Below are positions 52,640 to 64,000 of a DNA stretch of 64,000 nucleotides, one piece after another. The notes below the pieces were generated by a model. That model did not search any database. It was given only the letters and a program-made list of their open reading frames with translations, and had not been told where the DNA came from. This DNA is from Podarcis liolepis. Taxonomy: Eukaryota. Position numbers and translations under genes: made by a program. Location of the stretch: NCBI GenBank assembly GCA_965112155.1, contig OZ218103.1. One strand, 5' to 3'. The stretch's first letter is position 1. Each line of letters begins with the position of its first letter.

Positions 52640-53807
52640 AGTCAAATCCAATGGTCCATCTAGCTCAGCAGTCCCTGACAGCAGCTTGAGATAGCACAAG
52701 CACATAAATATGTCTTTAGAACTAGCCATCTCCACACCAAAGAACAAGAAGAATAGCAACCTCTCCTCTGAGACGAGGATTCTGTAACCACTTAAGTTGG
52801 CTTTATTAGCAAAACCCACATGATATCCATTGGTAAAAACAAAACAAAAAACAAAAAAAAGACACCTGAAGTGAAGAATTAATGTGCATTCAGCAGGCGT
52901 GTGTATGTGCTTCTAGGGCAAATCTTCACTACAATGACAGTTCACACGCAGGGGAAATAAATGTCAGGGTAGGGCTAGTCCAAGTAATCCATATCACAGC
53001 TCTCTCCCCCAGAACTGCAGACATGGTCAGAGAGACAGTGGCTATAGAGAGTCATGATGAAGACTAAAATGAAATGCTGTAAGGGCATTGCAGCCAGCAT
53101 AAATACCAGCTGCCAGTGTTAGCTCTGCTTGTATTGGTTCTGGTGCTCCCAAGCAGTGGCAGCAGCTGAATCTTTTTTATTAAGGCCACTGCCTTCCTAA
53201 AACCCATTTATCTTACTCAGCAACGCTAAATACTTAAGAAGCAATTGGGCTGGTTTAGCAGAGAAATGTTTTTATCTGCAGGTGACGGTTTCATAAATTC
53301 AGACATTTGGCTGGAGCAGATTTCAGAGAGATGCTCCTTCTGTGGAGGTTCCTCTGATCTGTGAGGAGATTAGAGTCTGGTGAAGATGTCAGGGTAAACA
53401 CTACATTTAAATAAACTGTTAAGATTGAATGGGTGCCACCAGGATGCTGGTCTGCTTCACATATTTCTGCTTTGCCCTTCAGGGAAATTGTGGAGTTCTC
53501 CTGCAGTTTGGAGCATTTTGCTCATTTGCACAGTCTGCTTTCACGGTCTGCTTATTGATATTGGCTTGGATGTCATATTTTCAATACATTTTATATATGC
53601 AAAATCTATCATCATTCTGTTATAATGATCATTGTTATCATTATCCCCTCACTTTTCAGGAAACATTAGATGTAGCTTACAAAAATAAGTAGTAAAATAA
53701 AATACAATCCAAAAGAAATACATAAAATATTAAAAATAGCAGGAATAAAACATAGGAATTAAACAACAGCAGTCCATAAAGGCTCTAGAAGATACAGATA
53801 TTTCTTC

Positions 53808-54125
53808 CTTTATTTAAACAATTTATACCCCATTTTTAAGCTTCACAAAGGGCCCCCGGACATAATAAAAAATACAAGCACTGATGAATAATAAAACAGA
53901 ATATAGAACAGCAGGGATAAAAACCTCAAATCAAGCTAAAAGCTTGGTGAAGCAAAAAAAAATATGTAACTCTTGAAAACTCTATTCAGGCTTCTTGGGG
54001 AAGGAATTGTACAGCTTAGGCACCACAACCAAGAAGCCACTGTCCCATGTCCCAATCAGTTGGATGTCCCCAAACAGCAGGATATGGAGCAGGGCTTTGA
54101 ATGAAGAATGTAGTGGGCTGGCAGC
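53808..54125 (-). mobile_element. Old L2-type LINE 3' fragment
   Basis: tttatttaaacaatttatacccc tail and 'LVVVPKLYNSFP' (AP.LWNSLP-like) on the minus strand. Confidence 0.5.
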
Positions 54126-54688
54126 CATTAGAAACAAAATATTGTGTGTGTATTTTTCCTTTGTCAATAAAAGCTTAAAACGCTCGGAAGGCAGAAATCT
54201 CTTTCTAGTACCAAATTCTGTACAACTTCAAAGCATGAGGGAAATCAATCGAATGCACACAGGCTTGGATGTAGTCTACTGCTTTTGTTTATAATATTTC
54301 TAACCCACTCTTCATCACAATGGATCCCAGAGTGGGGTGAAAACAAACATTCATATTGATAGAATAGTTCTGAGCAGGCAGCTGAGAAATGTAATTATTA
54401 ATTAGCTTGAGAGAAAGCAAGTTTAATACAGATAGAGAAGCTCACATTCTGATATACACAGAGCAAGTTAAGCCACCTTTGCAGTCTCACCTGCAGGTGG
54501 CTGAGCAAGAAACCAGCCTTTGATGTAGCACACTGTGACCTCATAGGTTGCAACATTCTTGAGCAGTGATCAGCTGTGCATATTTTCATGTTTCTGTGAA
54601 CAGGCAGGATAGATGTTCATATCATTGTCTTGAATAATTGTGCCATTTTGTGTCTCGTTCATCCTAGGAGAATGGCTTCTCCTTTGCA

Positions 54689-54877
<189 letters not shown>

Positions 54878-56929
54878 TCAGTGTGTGTTCTTCCCTATCT
54901 CCTCCTTTCTTTTATTAATTCTCCATCCTCTGAATCCCCCTTTGCATAGGTGTTGCCTGCGCCCCTGCTCTCACTGCTTGCCAGCCTTGTCTACATGTCA
55001 CCCCTCCAAATCCCCAGCCCTCTTCCACTTTACACCTCAACCCCCCGACCCTCACACAAAGGCTCTCCCCTTTACACTTCACCACTGGTAGGGTGAAATG
55101 AAGTAAATGAAGAGGAGAAAGTCTTTTCTCACCTTTGCACTCCTGCTCTGCTGCAAGTTTCCTTTTAATTGTCCCACCACTGTCACTCAAAGAGAGAAAA
55201 AGAAATTGCATTTTAATATGCAGGCTTTTTCTCTCCTTCGCACAGCAACAGCCTCCCAACAGAACAGCAGGCAGGCAAGAGGGGGAGGCAGACCAGGCAA
55301 GCAGCATGGGTGGCCCAGGTGAGCCGCACAACATCAGAAAGGTCAGTGTCGGACATTTGGCTCTGCTGCTGCTTCCTGCCTCATTGTCCTCCAGTGCTGC
55401 TGACACCAAAACTGTGGTTGTGGGGAACTGCCCTGCCCTGGCTGTTTCTCTGTGACTAGCTGTGCTGTCCACAACCCACACCACTTGCCCGGACCACCTG
55501 TCACCCGTGTCACTCACCTGCCTGTCTGGGCTGCCTGCCTGCTGTTCCGTCATCACTCTGCAGTTGGTCACACCAACTGCAGTGTGACAACATTATTACA
55601 ATCTTAATACATACCAAGAAAAACTGAAGTTCATAAAACACAATTACACACATTTTAAAAATGCCATTGTTGGGAATGGAAGTGGGCAGTGATTGAGATA
55701 GTGGCAGTACATTTTTGAAGTGGAGGAAGCAGAATTGAGGGGAGGGGGAGTTTCCAAAGCAGGGCTATGGACATGTACAAACCTGTGGCTCACTTGATTA
55801 CTTCTATGGGACATCTTGCCTTTGCAGCAGTTTCAGGTATTTCTTCCTACAACAGCTTTTGCTGCTGGCAGGTGCCTTAGTAGCTGTGGATCTCACTTGT
55901 TATGAAGAGCTTGCTTCTGAGTTTTGCTGCCAGTGAAAACATATGTGTCACTGCCAAACTCATTTTCTACAGAGCAAGTTGTAGCAAAGAGCTCCTCTGG
56001 CCAGACAGTTCAGTAGTATGAGATCACTTGCCTGCCCAGGGTGGGGTGGGGTGGGGTGGATGCGAATCCTTGTGAGCCTTCCTTCAGAACCCAAGCATGT
56101 TGCTTTGGAAGGCAAAGAGATGAGTAAATGACACCTGCACCATAAATCTGCTTGCTTTGTAAGATGCACTTTAGGTAAATGCACTCTTTGCAAGAATTTA
56201 AGTAACTTTGCTTGATGCAAGAAACTTAGAAATTGATTACACTGATGATCATGCTGCTTCTCTGGCTGGTTTTTGAGGAAGCTTATCTCAGTACACAGCT
56301 ATTGCTTATCTTAACAGGGAGGGTTACAGGAGTCTGAGAATTATGGTTGAAAGGGTTCAGCTGGTGGAAGGGGGGAGGGCAAGTATTGCCCTGAAGCTTT
56401 GGTAGGTCATTTTTCCTGGTTTGGTTTGAGTCTCTAGGCTTGTGCTGTCTCATCAGAGGCTCTGGAGTCCAGCCACAGCATTTCCCAAAGACATTTCTAT
56501 GTCCTATTTCCACTAGGATTATTCACTACAGGAGGAACATACTATTTTCACATGTGTTTCTCCTTGTTACTGTTAATTCCTTTATTGCTAACAGTAGCAA
56601 TATGTTGTTTCTAAAGCTGGTGTCCAGAGCTAGCCTATGTACCTACATAATGTAACATATCAAACTCCCAGGTTAGTGTGTATAGGATTGCAGCCTTAAA
56701 TAGTCTGCAGTTTGAAGAGGGGAGTTGTTTCTGTAGTTCTCGGGGGGGGGGGCGGATAGAAAGAGAGCTACAGTTCTTTGCGTGAGAGAGGTGTTTGTGG
56801 AAGAAAGCAGTAGATACACTTGGGGGTCCAGATAGTGCCAAATCTTGTGTGTGTGCTTGCATGTGTTAATAATCCATAGTTTGTCATCACAGTTCCCTTA
56901 CTCTTTCCTCCTTCCTGTCCCCCCATCAG

Positions 56930-56956
56930 TTAAGGTTTAAGGACGCTATTGACCAC
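56930..56956 (+). CDS. PTPRF: Microexon meC / LASE-c (27 nt, LRFKDAIDH) within FNIII-5
   Basis: Strong pyrimidine tract...ccatcag|TTAAGGTTTAAGGACGCTATTGACCAC|gtaagt; phase 0-0, 9 codons, in the intron and of the length expected for LASE-c. Confidence 0.78.
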
Positions 56957-59051
56957 GTAAGTACCATTTGTTAGAGTGTTTGCTTGGATCAGATGGGTCT
57001 GAGGATCATTTTGTGAAATCTGTGTGCATAGTGCTGTCAAAACACCCCTGTCAATCCTCAGATATTTCTAGGGAGTTGCTCTGTAGAGCTTCCACCAGCC
57101 ACAAATCCTGAGCAAATTGGCATTTAGATTGCTGCTAAATGCAGAAAAGCAATTGACATTTTTCATAATCTGTATTTCCAGCTTGTTGCAATGCAATTTC
57201 AGGCAGATGCGGGGGGAGCAGCCCACTTTCTACAGTCTTTGGTCCAGCTCGTTACATGGCAGAGTCAGATCTGTAATCTTTAAACCTCATTGATCCCAGT
57301 CGTGAAAAATACCCTGTTCTCTCAGCTGTGACCTTTGGTTGAAACAGAAGCTGTAATAAGAACACAATCACATTCAAACAGTTAAATTCAATTTTTCCAA
57401 GTAATTTTGAGATATAAATTTGGAGGAACAAGCTTGAAAATTACCTTTGGAGAAAGAGAGATTAAGTTACATACCCTGCTGTGGCTTCCCTCGTCTCTTA
57501 GCAGAAGGACTTTGCTTAGAAGGGGTTTGCAGCGACAGCCCTATGTATGGTATCTCTCATTCCACCTTCTTTCTTTCCTCTCTCCCCCTAACTTGCTTTG
57601 TTCTAGTGGCATGCTCTTCCCTGTGTGAGAATTACTCTCCTGTGTGGACTGTGGTGATGACTACATCTTTTCGTAGCCTTCGTGTTGTGTGTTTGAGTAT
57701 CTCCCTCTATATCAATTTATTGCCATTGATTGATTTTGCTCTCTCATACAACTCCAGGGGGAAAAGGAAATCTTACTTGAACTCTGATTTTGGTGTCATT
57801 CTGATTTCTGTTTGCTAATTTGGGTTTGCAAATGAAAGCAATGAAGGAATAATCTGGGTTAGGTGGCTGAATCCTGTAACTTACCTGGGCTGCCAATGAG
57901 AAAAAGCCTATTCACATTTATTTGTTTGTTTGTTTGTTTTATTCAAGTAATTAACAATTACATGACAGCCAAAAGCAAAGCACCCTGACAAACCAAGGTT
58001 CTAGGAAGAGATTGTGCTCTATCTATCCATCACAATACAGATTTATTCCTGGTTATATCACATTTTGATTTTTGTGCATCAACAGTCATTCCTTCATGCA
58101 TAGGGTTAATGGTTGAAATTCTACTAGAAAACTGCTAGAGATTGTCTTTGAGCAGGTCTTTCTCTGTGGTGTCCTCCACAAGGGTCCATATTTGCCAATA
58201 GAATGTAGAAGGTTTGAGAGAGCTGGAGTAGGCTTATGGTTACAAAGCCAATCCCATCAAATGATCCAGTGAGATAGTTCAAGGTCCTACTGCTACTTGC
58301 CCCTGCTGGTGTCTCTAGCCTGCACAGCAGGGGACAATACCATTGAGAAGGTAACAGATCCTGTGGCCTATAGATCCTGTGGCCTTTGTTTGTGTAGAAT
58401 TGTGTAGAATTGTGTAGAATTTTATGCTTGCTCTCTCGCCTTACATGTTTCCTGATGTATGTATCATGGGTAGTTTATTTTTAAGAAGCAAGACTCTTGA
58501 ATACTGTGGTTGGTGAGCATGTTATGGCAAGTGGCAGATCCACTAGCTATATTGTTGCTCATCCCAGGGCCTTCTGCTGGAAGAGACAAGTGAGTAGTGG
58601 TCTGCTTCTGTTCTGTTATATGTACTGAAGTTAACACTTTAACTGTGATGGAAGGGCTGCTACTTTCTTGTTACAATATATTTCCAACCAGTCCTTTTAA
58701 TCTTTTGCCCATGTATCTGTGGGGTAAATGGCAGCACTATGAACAGAGAAGACTGCTTCATGCCCTTATTACATGGCTGTGTAGCAGTTTGCCCTGCCAG
58801 GTATAGCAAAAGAATGTGCTTGTTTGTGGCCTGTTGATATGAGGAAGCACTTTGTCTCCGATAAGCATCTCATGACAATTAAAATTCAATATATGATGCT
58901 GCTGGAAGGTGCTGTTCATAAGTGAAAATAAGACACAGAACCTTGCCAGGCTCAGAGACTAAAAGACAAGACAACAAGGGAAGGCAAGTGGAGGGAAGTT
59001 TTAAATGTTTGATTTTTTATATATGCTGTAAGCCGTTTAGAGATGGATGGG

Positions 59052-59052
<1 letters not shown>

Positions 59053-59090
<38 letters not shown>
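59053..59090. repeat. (TAT)n microsatellite
   Basis: Direct read. Confidence 0.95.
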
Positions 59091-59851
59091 GTCTGTCAGT
59101 ACCAGAACAAAAAGAGATTAATTGTTAACAGACATTTACTTCCAGTTAGCACCAGCTTGATCTTCCCTTTCTGGCAGTCTTACCAGGATGGAAATGGTGA
59201 AACTACTGAAACCCTTTGACCAGTAACAAGTTCACTTGTGGTAGAAGTTGTGGGAAAGTTGTTCTTCCCTTCCCACTTCAGTTTGCTGTATTTTGTTGGG
59301 TCCCTGTTTCTTGCAGTGAACTTCCTTGGCTATCCAGAATTATATGCTGGGCAATTTGTCTAGAAATTGGGCTGCAACTAACGCCTGCTGCAATTGCATT
59401 GGCAGTTGCAAGTGTTGAGTTTGACAAGCTGCTCCAGACAAACCAACCCTTTCATCCCATGTTGGAAATAGGAAAAAATGTGTGGATTTGTTCACCTGAT
59501 TTAGTGAAAATGGGTGCTTTCTGGCAAAGGGAGGTGCACAGGAAACACAAAAAAGTAGCCTATGACAAAACATACCCTGGCTTACATCACAAAGGCCAGA
59601 AAACACTGGATTGCATCAACCAACCTAGGAACATGTTTTTTCAATGCAACTTTCACTTGTCATCAGTGATGCGAGAGATGGAGGCCCTGTATCCAAAGTA
59701 ATGTCATTAAAAAGTTAATAAAACTTCAGGGTCAGTTTTCCTTCTTGTGTGTTTTGAAACTAAATGGGTCAACTATCCAAAGTACAGAAATGCTCTTATA
59801 TTCCTGCCTTCCTTAATTTGATAATGAACTAAAAGTGTCTGTTTCCCACAG

Positions 59852-59969
59852 GAAACCCTCATTGGAGGCCTTTTACCCGAAACAACCTATTCTATCAGCA
59901 TCGCAGCCTACACCACCAAAGGGGATGGGGCCCGCAGCAGGGACAAGGTGGTTACTACAAGTGGAGCAG
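59852..59969 (+). CDS. PTPRF: PTPRF exon, FNIII-5 second part (118 nt, phase 0-1)
   Basis: ttcccacag|GAA ACC CTC ATT...GGA GCA G|gtgagc; [39 protein letters not shown]. Not in the ORF track. Confidence 0.95.
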
Positions 59970-61933
59970 GTGAGCCAATAGTACTACAACACATCTTTGA
60001 TAGGCAAATGTACTCTAATATTTTGAGCTCCAAAATCAAAGATGACAGAAATTTTAATCTTAAGAAGTGTTAGGAAGGTGAAAAAAGCACCTGTACCCTC
60101 AAACCCCTTGTTTTGCAGACTGAACTGCAGGTGATGGAGAAGCAAGTAGAAGAATGGAAACTTCCTCTCTTTAAGAACCGCTTCACACATTACAATTTTA
60201 CTACAATGGAGATAATTTGCAGGCATTCTGGCATGCCATGTTAACAGCAGTCAGTCAGATGTCTCTGGGGAGCCACAAACAGAGCAGGAGAACAATGACC
60301 ATCTCCTGTTCATCCCAAGTATCTGACATTTGGAACTGTACCGCTTCTGCTCATAGTTACCATGGCTAATAGTTGCTGGGAAATGCCTCTGCCTTGAATT
60401 GGCAAAATACCATGATATTCACGTGGCAGCTTCATCACAGCTTAGTCAAATCAGCTCACCCCAAATCCAGAATACCACTATGCTATTGTAAATTTGCTCT
60501 GAGTGCCACAGTCTGGCACAGGATAATGGTTATCTTGGCACTGTGCTGATACTGAATAGTTTTGTTGTTGATGGATTTACACGTCAATCTCCCCTGATTT
60601 GGGGGAAGGATGTGTCTCTGTTGTGGGTGGAACGGAGATATGAAACCATCCATTTTATACAGCAGGTGTTAAGCTTTGAAGGGAGCAGCCCTTAATTTGT
60701 GCTACATATATGAGATTTGGAATCCTGTTGCTGCTCAGCCATCACATCAACATTCCTAGCAGGAACCAGTTCATCAGCTCAAACACAGCACATTTTGATT
60801 GCAAACAGCATGCTATGCTCTCAACAGCTCGCACAGGTGGTGAAATTATAAAGATTGCTATGAAAATTGCCTGCATCAAACTAGCGGAGATTCCAGTTTT
60901 GAGTCTGGGCTTCTCTGCAACATCTTATACTAAAGCCCTGATTTCTTATCTTATGGCATTACCTTTCACTTTCTTTATCATACTGTCCCAAATCTACTTT
61001 CTCTAGGCTTGCTTCTACAAATGGCAAGATTCAAGGAGTGGTTGTGGAAGTATGATGAGATTTAAGAGTCAGATACAAGACAGTATCCATCACAGTGTTA
61101 TTTTTCATTGCAATTTTGGAAATAGTTACATTTGGAATAATTTACACTATAGAAGTTAGGGGTTAGCTGTTTAAATAATTTGCCCCAGGGTTTGGTTCCA
61201 TCTGAATTTCAGTCCATCACCTACTGACATCCTGCATTATCAGTGTTTGCAAACTACAGGCACAAAGGTTTTCACAAAATATAGCAGCTGACAAAATTCC
61301 TTCAGAAGCTTGCACAAAGTATGGCATTTGTGATAATCTTATTCATCCCTATTCCTTTAAGATCCTATAGCTTCCACCATAGGGTTCTCAACTCCCCTCC
61401 CCAAAAGAAATCAGATCTTATGATCAAGTTAGGCACATTTTACAGACAAACATATAGGTTAAGGATATTTGTGAAATGTAGCCATGTAGAAATTAGTTTT
61501 TTTCCATTATAAAATTTGGATTTTGTTTTGTTGCTGTTGTTTAATTGTGGAATTTGGAGGACCTGGAAGAGTAAACACTGATATGTTCATAAATACAGTG
61601 CAGTTGTTTCTGGACTGAACCACTTCAAATTGCAGGTGGTTTGCCTTTTTGGACATTGCCCCTGTAAACTCCCTGCCTGTGGAAAGCATGCAAAGCAAAA
61701 GTCTTATCCCAGATATGCTGCTTTTTTGTGTGCAGCTAATTTTAATGTGGGGAAGCATTCAAACATATTGATCTTTCATCTGTAATCTGTCGCCAAATTG
61801 ATAGGGAGTGCTGTGCTAGCTGATATTCCTTAGCAGGTAGATAAATTTCCCGAGTGAGCAACTCCAGCAGTGAAAAGGCCAGCACTCTGTCTCCCTCCCA
61901 CTTATGGCATATCACCCTGTTTTTGTTCCACAG

Positions 61934-62512
61934 TCCCAGGCAAGCCTACCATGATGATCAGCACCACAGCCATGAATACAGCTCTGATCAATTGGCACCC
62001 ACCTAAAGAGATGGTTGGGGAGCTGCTGGGCTACCAGCTGCAGTTCAAACATGCTGAGGAGGAGAAGATGAGGATTATGAACTTTGAGAAGAACGTGGAT
62101 CACTTCACCGTGACTGACCTTTACAAGGGTGCCACCTACATCTTCAAGCTGGCTGCCAAGAATAGGGTTGGTCTTGGGGAGGAGTTTGAAAAAGAAATCA
62201 CTACCGCGGAGGAGGCGCCAAGCGGTTTCCCCCAGAACCTGCATGTGGTGGGGCTGACCACCTCCACCACTAAAGTGACTTGGGAGCCTCCACTTCTGGC
62301 AGAGAGGAATGGGAAAATGACCAACTACACAGTTGTGTACAGAGACATTAACAGCCAGCAGAACCTGACCAATGTTACGAGGGAAACGAGCATCACTCTG
62401 ACCAACCTCAAACCTGACACAACCTATGACATCAAAGTTAGAGCCCACACTAACAAGGGAGCTGGCCCTCTCAGCCCCAGCATTCAGTCTAGGACGATGC
62501 CGATGGAACAAG
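61934..62512 (+). CDS. PTPRF: PTPRF exon, FNIII-6 and FNIII-7 (579 nt, phase 1-1)
   Basis: ttccacag|TC CCA GGC AAG...GAA CAA G|gtaagc; (V)PGKPTMMISTTAMNTALINWHPP...SIQSRTMPMEQ. Confidence 0.96.
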
Positions 62513-62768
62513 GTAAGCGCCTCCCCTGTGATCAGTTAATGAACCTCTATGGCAGAAAACAGGTCAGAGATGACCTGGTCAGTCTTACCTTCCTGAGCTT
62601 ATAATTTTTTGGATGGGGGGGGGGCATAGAGGTTGCATGACTGCATTTGTTTTTTCAAACACATACCCCATTTTCTGTTTCCAGATAAGAATTGTTGCTT
62701 TGGTGCAAACTGAACAGGCAGCTTCTGTGAAGAAACAGTGCCTCATAACTGCTACCTTTTGAAGATTG

Positions 62769-62944
62769 CTGTGTACACACTATACCTTTAAAGTACAATC
62801 GGAACACATTATTTTCCTCAAAGAATTCAGGGCACTGTAGTTTACCTCTTGCAGTGTTAAAAATCCTAGCAACCCATAACAAACTACAGGGCCCAGAGAG
62901 AGAATATACTTTGAACGTGCTTTAAATATATAGTTTGTACACAG
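62769..62944. mobile_element. Palindromic MITE-like element related to 52485-52639
   Basis: ctgtgtacacactatacctttaaagtac pairs with gtgctttaaatatatagtttgtacacag; internal ctgtagttt/aaactacag. Confidence 0.65.
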
Positions 62945-63135
62945 TCTGTGACAAAGAGGGGAAGGTGGCAACACAGTTTGGTCAAAAAGCTTAAGTGTCC
63001 TAAGGTGCGAGAAGGCTTATTGAATCTACAGGAAAACACCAAATTTTGCTGCTACTGAGAAGAGTGGAAGGGAAAGGGTTAGTTGTCCAGTGTTGCCTCA
63101 CGGGGGCCACTCAATAGGATTCTTTCTAATTGCAG

Positions 63136-63233
63136 TGTTCGCAAAGAACTTTCGTGTCAGTGCTGTGATGAAAACATCAGTGCTACTTAGCTGGGAGGTT
63201 CCAGACTCTTACAAATCTGCAGTTCCTTTCAAG
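63136..63233 (+). CDS. PTPRF: PTPRF exon, start of FNIII-8 (98 nt, phase 1-0)
   Basis: attgcag|TG TTC GCA AAG...TTC AAG|gtaagg; (V)[32 protein letters not shown]. Confidence 0.95.
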
Positions 63234-64000
63234 GTAAGGGAATATGTCTGTCACGTATGGGGACCCGATTAATGTGCAGTAAGGAAGAAATTAGAAAGTC
63301 TATCTCAGGGACCTTCAGACCAAGAGTCTTGCTTTCATCAACCCAGTTATGTAAGCTGAGCAACCAAATCCGGAGAAACATCAGGGGCTTGAGTCAGGAT
63401 GTAAGAAGTGTGGACACCCCCTTGTCCTGGGTACCCTCGAGTCCTGACACTTGTTTCCTTTAGTCTAGATCACCAAGCAAGGTAAATCAGCAGGCAAGTC
63501 TTTAGAAATGAGTTAAAAACTGGTACATTTCCAGACCAAACCTCTTGATTCCCTTGACGATTTTGGAGACTCATATATGCCCTTTAAATGTTACTCTAGC
63601 TGTATGGGAATTGGTTTCCCATGAGTCCTGCACGGTGGAGTGAGGAATTCATTCTGGGCACTGGCACAATCTTCTGCTCAGAACAGACTACAATTAGGAG
63701 CCCAAACCCCCTGCATTCCAGGCAAAATGGTTTGATCCTACTGCTGATCATGAAGCATTTTTGTTCAGAACACAGGAAGAATTACGCTTAGGGCAGGATA
63801 GAGATACCTCTAGAACCCAACAGGGCACCATAGTGTGCTGCTCTGCCTGTGGTCGCTAGCAACATGACAGAGATAAGTAAGCACTCGTGACAGCAGGAGA
63901 ATTCTGTGCGGGGAATTTGTTCATAAAAGGCTAGTTCTTTGGACTCGTTCCTAATGCTGTATGGTCAGAGCTGCCTTGGAACCATCATCAAAGCGGTTGC

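Noticed and set aside
53268-53288. tttttatctgcag|gtgacg as a third recursive site
   Set aside because: Short pyrimidine tract and weak donor; likely chance
55306-55324. ATGGGTGGCCCAG|gtgagc as first exon of a head-to-head gene
   Set aside because: Only a short motif in GC-rich sequence; no recognisable peptide or downstream exon
54915-55571. 218-aa minus-strand ORF as a novel gene
   Set aside because: No recognisable domain; GC-rich, stop-poor sequence better explained as decayed 5' UTR
61912-62511. 199-aa minus-strand ORF
   Set aside because: Antisense shadow of the FN6-7 exon; its limits coincide with the exon

Overview
Vertebrate genomic DNA, almost certainly a squamate reptile (lizard; it carries a Sauria SINE plus CR1 and L2 LINEs). 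The window is an internal, + strand segment of PTPRF (LAR receptor tyrosine phosphatase). Eleven constitutive exons run from Ig2 to the start of FNIII-8 (6201-63233); all have GT-AG boundaries and splice into one open frame. The ORF track does not delimit the microexons, which I read directly: meA6 (GGTPIR, 16228-16245), meB (DPRE, 29571-29582) and a diverged meC/LASE-c (LRFKDAIDH, 56930-56956). Two further frame-preserving candidates flank meA6: a 9-nt exon (VFF, 15155-15163) and a 30/15-nt exon (VWRLVESSIA or ESSIA, 16416-16445). Together these suggest a larger Ig2 splice code than I recall for mammalian LAR. The FN5 intron hides an antisense, intronless RAB6-family pseudogene fragment (54689-54817) that stops exactly at an exon boundary. 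Introns also hold nested CR1 elements, L2 remnants, palindromic MITE-like repeats, microsatellites and two AG|GT recursive-splice-like sites. Comparisons to other species are from memory, not database searches.
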